A stretch of DNA of 64,000 nucleotides from Felis catus (Eukaryota). Below are positions 1 through 11,321 of the stretch, piece after piece. The notes beneath the pieces were generated by a model that saw only the letters and a program-made list of their open reading frames with translations, was not told the DNA's origin and did not search any database. Made by a program: the position numbers and the translations under genes. Location of the stretch: NCBI RefSeq assembly GCF_018350175.1, contig NC_058373.1:137020001-137084000 (forward strand), written 5' to 3'. How positions within the stretch are numbered: position 1 is the first letter of the stretch; the number at the start of each line of letters is the position of its first letter.

Positions 1-460
1 TTGGTATTGGAGTAATGCTGGCCTCGTAAAACGAGTTCGGAAGTGGTCCCTCCTCTTCAATTTTTTTGGAAGAGTTTGAGGAAGGCATCTGCGAATTCTT
101 TTTTTTTTTTTTTTCCAATACGGTGATAATTCTATCCATTCTTTAGCAGGATGTTCTTTAACCTCCATGCATTTGGAGGTTTCCCAAATTTTTCCTTGTG
201 GTTGATTTCAAGTTTCATAGCGCTGTGATCTGAAAATATGCATGGTATGATCTCAATCCTTTTATATTTATTGAGGGTTGTTTTGTGACCAGTATGTGAT
301 CTATTTTGGATAATGTTCTGTGTGCACTTAAGAAGAGTGTGTATTCTGCTGCTTTGGGATGAAAAGTTCTGAGTGTATCTGTCAAGTCCATCTGGCCCAT
401 AGTATCATTCAGAGCCATTGTTTCTTTATCGATTTTCTGCCTAGATGATCTGTCCCTTGA
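1..460 (-). mobile_element. L1 fragments (ORF2 endonuclease/RT region)
   Basis: Translation SRQKIDKETMALNDT...RTFHPKAAEYT...SKIDHIL is the L1 ORF2 endonuclease domain. Confidence 0.9.
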
Positions 461-537
461 CAATTCTATCCATTACTCAATGTTCATCATGATAAATGTA
501 GTCACCATGTGTCATTATACAACATTATTGATGAAGT

Positions 538-2555
538 CTTTGTGGTGATGGGGCATTCGTGGGGTCTGGAGCTGATGGCCAAGAAATAATTCTTTCTTTT
601 GTTTTAAATTTAATTTATTGACATCCAAGTTAGTTAGCATCTAGTGCAACAATGATTTCAGGAATAGATTCCTTAGTGCCTCTTCCCCATTTAGCCCATC
701 CCCCCTCCCACAACTCCTCCAGCAGCCCTCAGTTTGTTCTCCATATTTGTGAATCTCTTTTGTTTTGTCCCCCCACCCTTGTTTCTTTATTATTGTTGCT
801 TCCCTTCCCTTATGTTCATGTGTTTTGTATCTTAAAGTCTTCATATGAGTAAAGTCATATGATTTTTGTCTTTCTCTGANNNNNNNNNNNNNNNNNNNNN
901 NNNNNNNNNNNNNNNNNNNNNNNNNNNNNNNNNNNNNNNNNNNNNNNNNNNNNNNNNNNNNNNNNNNNNNNNNNNNNNNNNNNNNNNNNNNNNNNNNNNN
1001 NNNNNNNNNNNNNNNNNNNNNNNNNNNNNNNNNNNNNNNNNNNNNNNNNNNNNNNNNNNGGGCTCTTTCCATACTTTAGCTATTGCTGATAGTGCTGCTA
1101 TAAACATGGGGGTGCGTGTGTCCCTTCAAAACAGCACACCTGTATCCCTTGGATAAATGCCTAGTAGTGCAATTGCTGGGTCGTAGGGTAGTTCTATTTT
1201 TCATTTTGTGAGGAACCTCCATACTGTTTTCCAGAGCAGCTGCACCAGCTTGCATTCCCACCAACAATGCAAAAGAGATCCTCTCTCTACGCATTCTCAC
1301 CAACATCTGTTGTTGCCTGAGTTGTTATTGTTAGCCATTCTGACAGGCGTAAGGTGGTATCTCATTGTGGTTTTGATATTTTCCTGATGATGAGTGATGT
1401 TGAGCATTTCTTCATGTGTCAGTTGGCCATCTGGATGTCTTCCTTGGAGAAGTGTCTATTCATGTCTTTTGCCCATTTCTTCACTGAATTATTTGTTTTT
1501 TGGGTGTTGAGTTTGAGAAGTTCTTTGTAGATTTTGGATACTAACCCTTTATCTGATATGTCGTTTGCAAATTTCTTCTCCCATTCTGTCGGTTGCCTTT
1601 TAGTTTTGCTGATTATTTCCTTCGCTGTGCAGAAGCTTTTTATTTTGATGAGGTCCCAGTAGTTCATTTTGGCTTTTGTTTCCCTTGCGTCCGGAGACGT
1701 GTTGAGTAAGAAGTTGCTGCGGCCAAGATCAGAGAGGTTTTCGCCTGCTTTCTCCTCGAGGATTTTGATGGCTTCCTGTCTTACATAGAGGTCTTTCATC
1801 CATTTTGAGTTTATTTTTGTGTGTGGGGTAAGAAAGTGGTCCAGGTTCATTCTTCTGCATGCCGCTGTCCAGTTTTCCCAGCACCATTTGCTGAAGAGAC
1901 TGCCTTTTTCTATTGGATATTCCTTCCTGCTTTGTCAAAGATGAGGTGGCCATACGTTTGTGGGTCAAGAAAGAATTCCTGAAGACATCTTTGGTGCAAA
2001 AAGGTGATTTTATTAAAGCACAGAAACAGGACCTGTGGGCAGAAGAGCTGCCAGGGGACCCTGAGGAGAGGCTGGTCTTATACTTGGGAGTTGGGGGAGG
2101 TAAGTTAAAGGGAAGTTTTCAAGGAGATTTTCAAATGCTAAAGAAGACTCACAAGGTCCTGGAGGCCTAGCTATTGTCAAGCTAAGGTTGTTTTCCCCTG
2201 TAGCAAAGCATTAGCATTAAGACAGTAGGGGGTTCCTGGAGAAATGTTACACTCTGTATTTGCCTCAAGTATTTGTCAATGGGCTACGGGTTAGGAGGAA
2301 ATTTAATCTTACCTGCCATTTCTTTCTTGCCTTTGTTCCCCACACCACTATGGAGGGGTGATGTTGGGGCTCCAGGAAGCTGAGTCTATAGGTTTCTGGA
2401 GATTAGGCTATCGATAAACCTGCCTTTTTCTTGTAATTTACTAAGATATTTGTAAACGGAAGGTGACTCGGGTCCAGCAGGACTTGTGATCTCTATCACT
2501 CATTTGTTTTTCCCCTTTCCTTTGTTCTTGGGCAGCCAGGAGTGCCCGAGGGGTG
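538..2555. mobile_element. ERV LTR (carnivore ERV1-like) split by an L1 insertion (LTR parts ~538-592 and ~1966-2555)
   Basis: GGGGTCTGGAGCTGATGGCCAAGAAA... resumes as ...AAGAAAGAATTCCTGAAGACATCTTTGGTGCAAAAAGGTGATTTTATTAAAGC after the L1. TSD-like caagaaataattc (580-592) and caagaaagaattc (1966-1978). Confidence 0.65.
593..1965 (-). mobile_element. 5'-truncated carnivore/felid L1 (ORF2 C-terminus and 3' UTR)
   Basis: ORF 1419-1850 ([19 protein letters not shown]...[13 protein letters not shown]) is L1 ORF2; T-rich tail at about 593; TSD present. Confidence 0.92.
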
Positions 2556-2559
2556 TTTG

Positions 2560-5100
2560 TGGCCTGTCTGCTTGCCATATTCCTCCCCATGTTGTACTTT
2601 TCATCTCCTTGACCTGTTTTATAACCGGAACTTTGTGCCTTTAAATCTCCTTGATCTTTTTCATCCTCCCCTTCTCCCCTTCCCCTCCGGCAACAACCAG
2701 TTTGTTTTCTGTGTTTAAGGCTCTGTTTGCTTTTGTTTGCTTGTGTGTTTTGTGTTTACGTTCCACATATAAGTGAAATTGTATCTCTTAGTCTTTCTCT
2801 GGAAGACTTATTTCATTGAGCACAATACCCTCCAGGTTCGTCTATGTTGTTGCAANNNNNNNNNNNNNNNNNNNNNNNNNNNNNNNNNNNNNNNNNNNNN
2901 NNNNNNNNNNNNNNNNNNNNNNNNNNNNNNNNNNNNNNNNNNNNNNNNNNNNNNNNNNNNNNNNNNNNNNNNNNNNNNNNNNNNNNNNNNNNNNNNNNNN
3001 NNNNNNNNNNNNNNNNNNNNNNNNNNNNNNNNNNNNNNNNNNNNNNNNNNNNNNNNNNNNNNNNNNNNNNNNNNNNNNNNNNNNNNNNNNNNNNNNNNNN
3101 NNNNNNNNNNNNNNNNNNNNNCATCTGGGTTGCTTCCATATTTTGGCGATTGTAAATAATGCTGCACTAAACGTAGGAGTGTATATATCTTCTCCAATCA
3201 GGGTTTTCATTTTCTTTGGGTAAATACCCAATAGTAGAATTACTGGGTCATATGATATTTCTATTTTTAATTTTCTGAGGAATCTCCATACTGTTTTGCC
3301 ACAGTTGGCTGCACCAATTTGCATTCTCACCAACGGTGCACGAGGGTTCCCTTTTCTCTGCATCCTCACCAACCTTTGTTATTACTTGTCTTTCTGACAT
3401 TAGCCATTCTGACAGATGTGAGGTGATATTTCATCGTGGTTTTGATTTGCATTTTCCTGATGAGTGATGTTGAGCATGGTTTCATGTGTCTGTTGGCCAT
3501 CTGGATGTCTTTTTCGGAAACATGTCTGCTCAGGTCCACTGCCCATTTTAAAATTTAATACATTGTTTGTTTTTTTTTTTTTTTTTTTGGTGTTGAGTTG
3601 TGCAAGTTCTTTATACATTGTGGATATGAACCCCTTATTGGATACATCATTTGCAAATATCTTCTCCCACTAAGTAGGCTGCCTTTTTGTCTTGTCAATG
3701 GTTTCCTTTGCGGTGCAAAAGCTTTTTGTTTTGGTGTGGTCCCAATAGTTTATTTTTGCTTTTGTTTTTCTTGCCTGAGGAGAACTATGTTGCTAAAGAT
3801 GATGTCATATATCAACATACTGCGTATGTCATATGTCAACATACTGCGTATGTTTTCTTTTAGGAGTTTTACGGTTTCAGGTTTCGCATTAGGTCTTTAA
3901 TCCATTTTATTTTTGTGTATGGTGTAAGAAAGTGGTCCGCTTTGTGTGAATTCATCTTTAAATGTCTGATAGAATTCAACAGTGAAGCCATGTGGTCCTG
4001 GGGGCTTTTTTGTTGGGAGTTAACTATTGATTCAATCACTTTACTAGTTATACATCAGATGTAACTAGTATCATGTGTCAATCTTCTATTTCTTCATGAT
4101 TCATTCTTGGAAGGTTGTGTGTTTCTAGGAATTTTTATACTGTATCTAGATTAACCAATTTGTGGGCATTCAAGCTTTTCATAGTATTTCCTTATTATGA
4201 TCCTTTTTATTTGTGTAAAAAAATGTCCCCTCTTTCATTTCTGATTTTAATGATTTGATTCTTCTTTTTTTCTCTTAGCTAGTCTAGCTAAAGATTTGTC
4301 AATGTTGTTCATCTTTTCAAAGAACCAACTCTTGGTTTTGTTGATTTTCACTCTTGTTTTATTTTTTGAAATTCTCTATTTTGTTTATCTCTCCTCCGAT
4401 CTTTATCATTTTATTCCTGTGCTGGCTTTGGGTTAGTTTGTTCCTTTTTTTTTTTTTTTCTAGTTCCTTAAAATACGAAGTTGGTTGTTGATCTGAGATT
4501 TTTCTTCTTTGTAACGTAAATGCTTACAGCTACAAACTTCCCTCTTAGTACTGCTTTCTCTGCGTCTCATAAGTCTTGGCCTGATGTGTTTTTATTTTCA
4601 CGTGTGTTAAGATATTTTCTAATTTCTCTTGTGACATCTCCTTTAACCCATTGGTTGTGTAAGAATTGTAAATTTCCATACATTTTTGGATTTTCCAGTG
4701 TTTCTTCTGCTACTGATTTCTACAGTTTTCTTCTGTTGTGGTAAGTAAAGGTACTTAGTAGGATTCCAGTCTTTAAAAATTTGTTACAGCTTGTTTTGTG
4801 GCCTAACACATGGTCTGTTCTGGAGAATGCTCCCCGTGCCCTGGAGAAAAAAAATGTATTCTGCTGCTGTTGGTGGAGTGTTCTGTGTATGTGTGTTAGC
4901 CCAGCTGGTCTATAGTGTGGTTCAAGTCCTTCTTTTCCTTATTGATCTTCTGTGTGGTTTCCTGTCAGTTATTCAAAGTGGAGCATTGATTCTCTAGTTA
5001 CTGTGTCGCTACCTCTCCCTTCAACTCGGTTAATGTTTGCTTCACGTATTTAGGGGCACTGAGGTTGGCTGCATAAATATGAGATGCATTAACCAATGCT
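2560..5100 (-). mobile_element. Older L1 fragments (3' end and ORF2)
   Basis: [16 protein letters not shown] motif and continuous antisense L1 ORF2-like sequence. Confidence 0.85.
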
Positions 5101-5124
5101 TTCTTCAAGGACATTGCTTCTTTA

Positions 5125-5343
5125 AAAAATTTTTTTAAATGTTTATTTATTTTTGAGACAGAGAGAGAGACAGAGCACAACCGGGGGAGGGGTAGAGAGA
5201 GAGGGAGACACAGAATCCAAAGCAGGCTCCGGGCTCTGAGCTGTCAGCACAGAGCCCGATGTGGGGGTTCGAACCCACAAACTGTGAGACCGTGACCTGA
5301 GCTACAGTCGGACGTTTAACTGACTGAGCCACCCAGGCGCCCC
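5125..5343 (-). mobile_element. CanSINE (SINEC_Fc-type)
   Basis: GGGGCGCCTGGGTGGCTCAGTC head, (CT)n and A-tail on the minus strand. Confidence 0.92.
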
Positions 5344-5637
5344 CAGGACAATTGATGATTTTTATGTTTTATTGTGTGATCTAACCAGAAGTCCAAACAC
5401 CAGTATTTAAGGTGGGTGTGAGCCTTTAACACTCTAATTTTGATCCCCACATGAGCGCAGACCCCTTAGCTTCCTCCTTGTTGAGTGATCTGCCTGGCTT
5501 GCCCTTGCCTCTTTCTCTCTTTGTCACTCTTCTACTGAAACCTAGGCTATTAATTAGGTGTCGTGTCCCATTCCTAGAGAAGCCCATCTCCTGTCATTTC
5601 TGGCTTTCTATCTCTGTTATTAACTTGTGGGTTTCAA

Positions 5638-5855
5638 GGGCGCCTGGGTGGCTGAGTCAGTTAAGCGTCCGACTCTTGATTTCAGCTCAGGTCATGATCC
5701 CACGATCATGAGATTGAGCCCCATGTTGGGCTCCATGCTGAGTCTGGAGTCTACTTCGGATTCTCTCTCTCTCTCTCTCTCTCTCTCTCCCCCCCCCCTT
5801 CCCTGTTCATGCTCTCTCTCTCACAAATAAAAATAAAATAAGACAAAATAATAAA
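5638..5855 (+). mobile_element. CanSINE
   Basis: tRNA-derived head, CT repeat and A-tail; TSD ttgtgggtttca. Confidence 0.92.
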
Positions 5856-6111
5856 TTGTGGGTTTCAGCCAACATTTCATCTTGCCTAGCACAGGGCCTG
5901 GACAGTGTGCATGCCCAGTGCATATGAATTAAGTGGATATGTGAACACTTGTAGTGACCTGGATTCTACAGGAATCCTATGGAAAGGGAGATCCCGAGAC
6001 AAGAAGATTAGGAATGGGCTCATCACACTCACTCTTGGGCCAGGTCCACCATTCTTTAATGTCATCTAGGGAGGGGGCCCGGCCTGAAAGAGCGGGGTTG
6101 AACTCAGGCAG

Positions 6112-6306
6112 TTATTTTTGCATGGGATTCACCATCTTTCCCACAAAGAGGGGAATGTTGGTACTCTCATCCCTGATGATGACTAAGAAGGACCTGTTGA
6201 ACTTGACGGACAGATGCTTAGACCAGGTGCTCCCTTCCGAAGGCGTGGCTCCAGAATAGTCTGTCACATTCTCATCGATGCTCAGCACAGCTTTAGGCCT
6301 TATGGC
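6112..6306 (-). pseudogene. SERPINA2: SERPINA2-like pseudogene, exon V remnant (KAVLSIDENVTDYSGATPSEGSTW|SKHLSVKFNRSFLVIIRDESTNIPLFVGKMVNPMQK*)
   Basis: Serpin C-terminal signature with P1-P1' Trp-Ser as in SERPINA2. The expected acceptor AG appears as AT (6307-6308). ATTAAA at 6056-6061. Confidence 0.85.
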
Positions 6307-6679
6307 ATGGAGGGGAGAGACACAGGGGGCTGTTTGAGGCAGAGACGGGCTACACCTTCCCCCACCCAGAGTTGGGAACAGGGCCCTATGTGATGGGATG
6401 AGAGCTGTCTTGGGGGTTCCAGGAAGGGATGTTTCCGAAGGCCCATCAAGGACCTGGGTCTTTCTAGCATTTCCTTGAAATAAAAACGAAAACAATGGCA
6501 AATAGGCAGTATTGCTGGCTGGGTGTCTACCATTTGGGCATTTTTACTAAAGGACCACAGGACTCACAACTGATTTATCATGGTGTAGTGGGAAAGATAC
6601 GAATTTCCGTCACAAGGATCTGGGTTCCATCCCATTTTCCCCACTAGCTAACTGTGTCACCTCAAAGAGATGACTGGTC

Positions 6680-6903
6680 GGGGTGCCTGGGTGGCGCAGT
6701 CGGTTAAGCGTCCGACTTCAGCCAGGTCACGATCTCGCGGTCCGTGAGTTCGAGCCCCGCATCGGGCTCTGGGCTGATGGCTCAGAGCCTGGAGCCTGTT
6801 TCCGATTCTGTGTCTCCCTCTCTCTTCCCCTCCCCCGTTCATGCTCTGTCTCTCTCTGTCCCAAAAATAAATAAACGTTGAAAAAAAAAATAAAAAAAAA
6901 AAA
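6680..6903 (+). mobile_element. Young SINEC_Fc inside the SERPINA2-like pseudogene
   Basis: GGTGGCGCAGTCGGTTAAGCGTCCGACTTCAGCCAGG head; perfect TSD aaagagatgactggt. Confidence 0.95.
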
Positions 6904-7483
6904 GAGATGACTGGTATTCTTGAAACCTTGGTTTTCTAAATGGGAAAATCAGAGCTATCCAATATGATGTCCCGGGGCCACAAAGGTGCTTCACGCTGGG
7001 AGTTTCATTCAGTGTAGGTGCTCATTAGAAGTGTGTGCGTGTGTTTCCATGTGTGAATGGTGTGCATGTGCGGGTGTGGATGGGGACTAGTAAGTGAAAG
7101 TTCTTTATCTGGTAGTTATGGGCTCCATCAGCTGGTCATGTTACTTACCCAACCATCTTGAGAACACAACTCCTTAATCCTTTTCTCCCCAGGGGCTGGC
7201 CCCTTCTCTGTGCCTAATATACTCAGGCCTCAGCCTCTCCCACCACCTGGCCAGTCCATGACTGTCCATGACTGATGATTTGACGGTCCCGCCCGTCATC
7301 CCCTGACCTTAGTTGATGGTGGAAAGCATGTCATCTGTTGTGTTTGGGAAATTGAATAACACATGCTTAGTTGCACCTGCCCTATCCCGTCCCTGACCGT
7401 CAAGGAAAGTTTACTAACTAAATGTTTAAGAACATTTTTGCATGTTTCCTTTTGAACCAGCTCAAGCTGGGGATAAAACCTAC

Positions 7484-8072
7484 CATGAAAGAAAATGTAA
7501 TTCACCAGAACAAGAGCCGTGTCTTTGCCAAGATCTTTGATGAAATCCACAGTTTTCCCTTGGGTTTCCTTTTCTATATATTGGTTGATCCATTTCTTGG
7601 CCTCTTTGTTGTCTCTGAAGTGGACGGAGAAGGCTTCTGAGGGGTCCAGCTTCCTGACATCCTCTGAAAACGTATGTACTTGCTTCCAATTCTTGTCGAT
7701 GAATAGTATACTTCTGGCGGTCAGCTGGCATTGGCTGTCGAGACGCTGTAAGCCTTTGTAGATATTGGCCTCAGGTGTCTCCTCGAAGTTAAAATCTAGG
7801 CCCTACAGGATCTGGGTGCGAGTGTCACCGTTGGTCCCCAGGGAGAGCATCGAAAAGGCTATTGCGACGCTCATGGGGGAGCAGATGATGTTGTTGTTGG
7901 AGTGATGAGCCAGTTCATGGTGCGAGCTGAAGGCACACTTGGCCAGTTTGGGGGCTATGCTGGGGGAGGGTGCCTGCAGATGGGGCTTGGAAGCGTGTGC
8001 AGGGAGCCGGGAACCTGACAGCACAGACCTGCTGACAGGAGGAGGCCCCACGTGAAGGAGGATGGCATCGTC
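7484..8072 (-). pseudogene. SERPINA2: SERPINA2-like pseudogene, exon II remnant
   Basis: ATG at 8066-8068 gives [17 protein letters not shown], then a frameshift and TAG at 7955-7957 (37 aa). A second TAG at 7803-7805 (QIL*). The remainder reads ...FSEDVRKL...LVLVNYIFFHG|GTAGGT; the FHG ending is SERPINA2-like. Confidence 0.85.
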
Positions 8073-9099
8073 CTGCGAGACAGAGAAGGAGCACCACGCC
8101 CACGTCAGGCCACACACTGAGTCCCTCGGCCACTGACTGACACCACGGGAAGCATCCAGAGCTTACCGAACCCCTACCGTGTGCCAGCCCAGTCCGAGGA
8201 CTCCCCTTCACCCTCATCATGGAGGAAGGAACAGCAGCAAAGACTCTACGGGGCTCCCCACCTGCCAGGCCCCCTTGTTGGCCCCTTGCCGTCTCATCTC
8301 TTGGCCCTCTTGTAATGGCCTGTGACCCAGGGCATATGACAATCGTTCATTTACAGAGGAGGAGACCAAAGGTCAGAGAGGTTTAAGTCACCTGCCCGAG
8401 GCCGCAGGGCAGGAAAGTAGCAGGCCCGGAATCACAGACCCGGGCAGGCTGGGTCTTGGCAGTGGCACTGACACCCGCAATGGCCTGTGTGCAAATGCCA
8501 CGGCCCGTATTTTACATCAGAGGAAACTGAGGCACAGGAAACATAATGTACGGGTGTGCAACTACCCAGGGAGCAGGTCAGATCAAGTGCAGGGATGCCT
8601 GGATCTGGAATAGTCCCCCACTGGTCCCCATTGACATGAGGCTGCTGCCCAGAGAGGGTAAGATCTTGCCCAATGACACACAGCCAGAACCACCCCCGCC
8701 TCCGACCGTGGTCCAGACTCTCCCTGACTCCATACTTCAACGTCCCTTTTCTCGTAGCTGCTACAGCCGTCATGGAACAGGCCATCTGAGCCTGGAGTTG
8801 GTTATTAGCCGACCCTCCAACATTCCGGGCCTGGCGGATACGGCTGGCAAAAGCACTGAGGGCCCTCACCCCTCAAGGCACTCACAGACGTTGACTTATT
8901 TCAGCGGCTTGAGGCTGGGAGAGCAGTTCAGGAACATGTTCAAGGCCACACAGCTGGTCAGGCAGAGCTGGCACCAGACACGTCTCCATGCCCCTGGGCT
9001 GGTGCTCCGCACACGGGGGGGCTCACCTGGTAACTTTCTCCCTGAAGCGGGAACTTGGCTGCATCTGAGGGCTGAGCCCACAGGGCGTCAGGGGTCTCA

Positions 9100-9268
9100 A
9101 GCTCGGTACCGTGGACCTTCTGGACTGGAAAACTCTATGCTGTGGGGGGCTGTCCCGTGCATTGTAGGACGTTTAGACGCATCCTAGACAAAACCTCCCA
9201 ACTCCCAGGTGTGATGATCAAAAATTCTCCAGACGTTGCCCGGTGTCCCCTGGGGTCAAAGTGCCCTT
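9100..9268. mobile_element. MER20-like hAT-Charlie DNA transposon remnant
   Basis: TGTGGGGGGCTGTCCCGTGCATTGTAGGACGTTTAG...CTCCAGACGTTGCCCGGTGTCCCCTGGGG resembles the MER20 consensus. Confidence 0.75.
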
Positions 9269-9649
9269 GTGCAAAGGGGAGGAGGGCTTCAGAGCACGTG
9301 GCCCACTTGGGAGGCCTCCCTTTCCCTAGTTGGACAGACTTCTCATTTCAGAGCAGGTTGGGGTCAAGGGAGTCCCAACTTGCTCACTGGGGCCAAAGTA
9401 CTCACTGGATCCAGTTGGTTTGGGGTGTTCGTGCTTCTTGGGTAGGGGCCCTGTCTGGGGGTCCCAGGATTCTGCTCTGACATGTCATGTCAGGCCTTCA
9501 GGAGACCACAGCAAATCTCCTCACCTGTCACTTTGGGAACCCAGATGCTCCTGGGGTCCTTCTGCCATTGGGAGCTTAATGACAAGCTCCTCTGAGTGTG
9601 GGGGCTGTGCCCAACATACAGTCACACACGGCGGCAGCCCCTAGAAGCT

Positions 9650-9714
9650 TTTCTCTCTCTCTTTCTTTCCTTCCTTCAGTCCTCCTTACTTCCCTCCCCC
9701 TTCCTCCCTTCCTC

Positions 9715-9757
<43 letters not shown>

Positions 9758-9803
9758 TCAAGTTTATTTATATTGAGAGAGAGAACATAAACAGGTGAGG
9801 GAC

Positions 9804-9838
<35 letters not shown>

Positions 9839-9964
9839 CTCAAGTAGGCTCTGCATTGTGAGTGCAGAGCCCTACACGGGGCTCCATCCCACAAACCGTG
9901 AGATCACGACTTAAACCGAAATCAAGAGTTGTGCACCTAACCAACAAAGTCACCCAGGCACCCC
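9650..9964 (-). mobile_element. CanSINE with expanded (TTTC)n tail microsatellite
   Basis: SINE head at about 9964, (GA)n body, (CTTT)n run at 9715-9760. Confidence 0.88.
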
Positions 9965-10344
9965 AAGAAGCCTTTCTTGAGCTGGGCCCATGGTGAGTCC
10001 CAGGTCCCAGCCCCCAAATTGTCTTTGGTCCCTGCAGTCAACTCCCCTCCCCTCCCCCCCCCCCCGACACTGCCTGAGTCCCAGCCCTATGCCTGGATGG
10101 TAGGGGTCTCGGAGATGCTGGTCCCTGCAGTGACAGAGGGGTGATGGGGAAAGGAGGTAGTGAAAATCATACTTTTTAGCTTCGGGCAGACCTGGTTCTA
10201 ACCTGCCTCGATCACTCATTAGCAATGGACCCAGCACAAACACTTTAATCTCTCTGAGCCCAGTCTTTGAAATGAGATTGTTGGAGAAGCAAGCGAAGCC
10301 AGGCTAGCCATCAAAACTCATGGCCATGGCTTACATACAGCACT

Positions 10345-10815
10345 GTCCCCTCTCCCCCACCCCCTTATCAACCTTCAGTTTGTTCTCTGTATTTAAAAGT
10401 CTCTTACGGTTTGCCTTCCTCCCTCTCTGTAAGTTTTTTTTTCCCTTCCCCTCCCCCATGGTCTTCTGCTAAGTTTCTCAGGATCCACATACGAGTGAAA
10501 ACATATGGTATCTGTCTTTTTCTGCCTATTTCACTTAGCATAATACCCTCCAGTTCCATCCACGTTGTTATGAACGGCAAGATTTCGTTCTTTCTCATTG
10601 CCAAGTAGTATTCCATGGTATATATAAACCACATCTTCTTTATCCATTCATCAGTTGATGGACATTTGCTCTCTTTCTACAATTTGACTGTTGTTGATAA
10701 CGCTGCTCTAAACATTGGGTTGAATCACAGGAATCTATCCCCAAAACCAAGAGCACATTGTGTATACTGTATGTTAGCTAACTTGACGATACATTCTATT
10801 AAAAGATTAAAGGAT
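10345..10815. mobile_element. Short L1 3' end with 5' inversion (antisense 10345-10718, sense 10718-10815)
   Basis: Antisense MWFIYTMEYYLAMRKNEILPF...MELEGIMLSEI joined to the sense extreme 3' end (GAATCACAGGAATCTA...GTTAGCTAACTTGAC...A-rich). Confidence 0.75.
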
Positions 10816-11238
10816 TAATGAAAAGTTCAGAAATCAATAATGAAGTCACTTTAAAAAAATCTATCCTAAGAAAATAATCAAATATCAATTAGATGCACAA
10901 AATCTCAGCATCCACATGTTTATCATGGCATTATTTATAATAGGTGAACCCTGGAAACATCCAAATGACCAGATATATAAAACTAGTTAAACGGATTACG
11001 GTACCATAAGTGATGGACTAAGATGTAAGTTTTTTAAGCCATACGTTAAAAAAATAGTGAAATATATAGGAAATCATTGCAATATATTAATAAATGAAAT
11101 AACAAGTACAAAATGGAAAAAAAAAAAAAACAAAAGAAACTCATGGCCAGAGGAACCCGAGAGATAATTCTTAGAGGGGTGAGGGTGGTAGGTTTCGCAA
11201 ACGAAAGCTTTTACAACCAAGCGAGGGGCCAACGAGTG

Positions 11239-11321
11239 GGAGACGGGGCCGTGAACCCAGATAAGAAAGGGGACGAGGTGACGGACAAGATAGCAGGGTT
11301 ATCTGAGGAGTTAATGAATAC
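11239..11321 (-). promoter_or_regulatory. Probable degenerate copy of the hepatocyte promoter belonging to the SERPINA2-like paralog
   Basis: Four short colinear blocks match 26839-26944; the TATA and HNF1 segments are missing. Confidence 0.4.
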
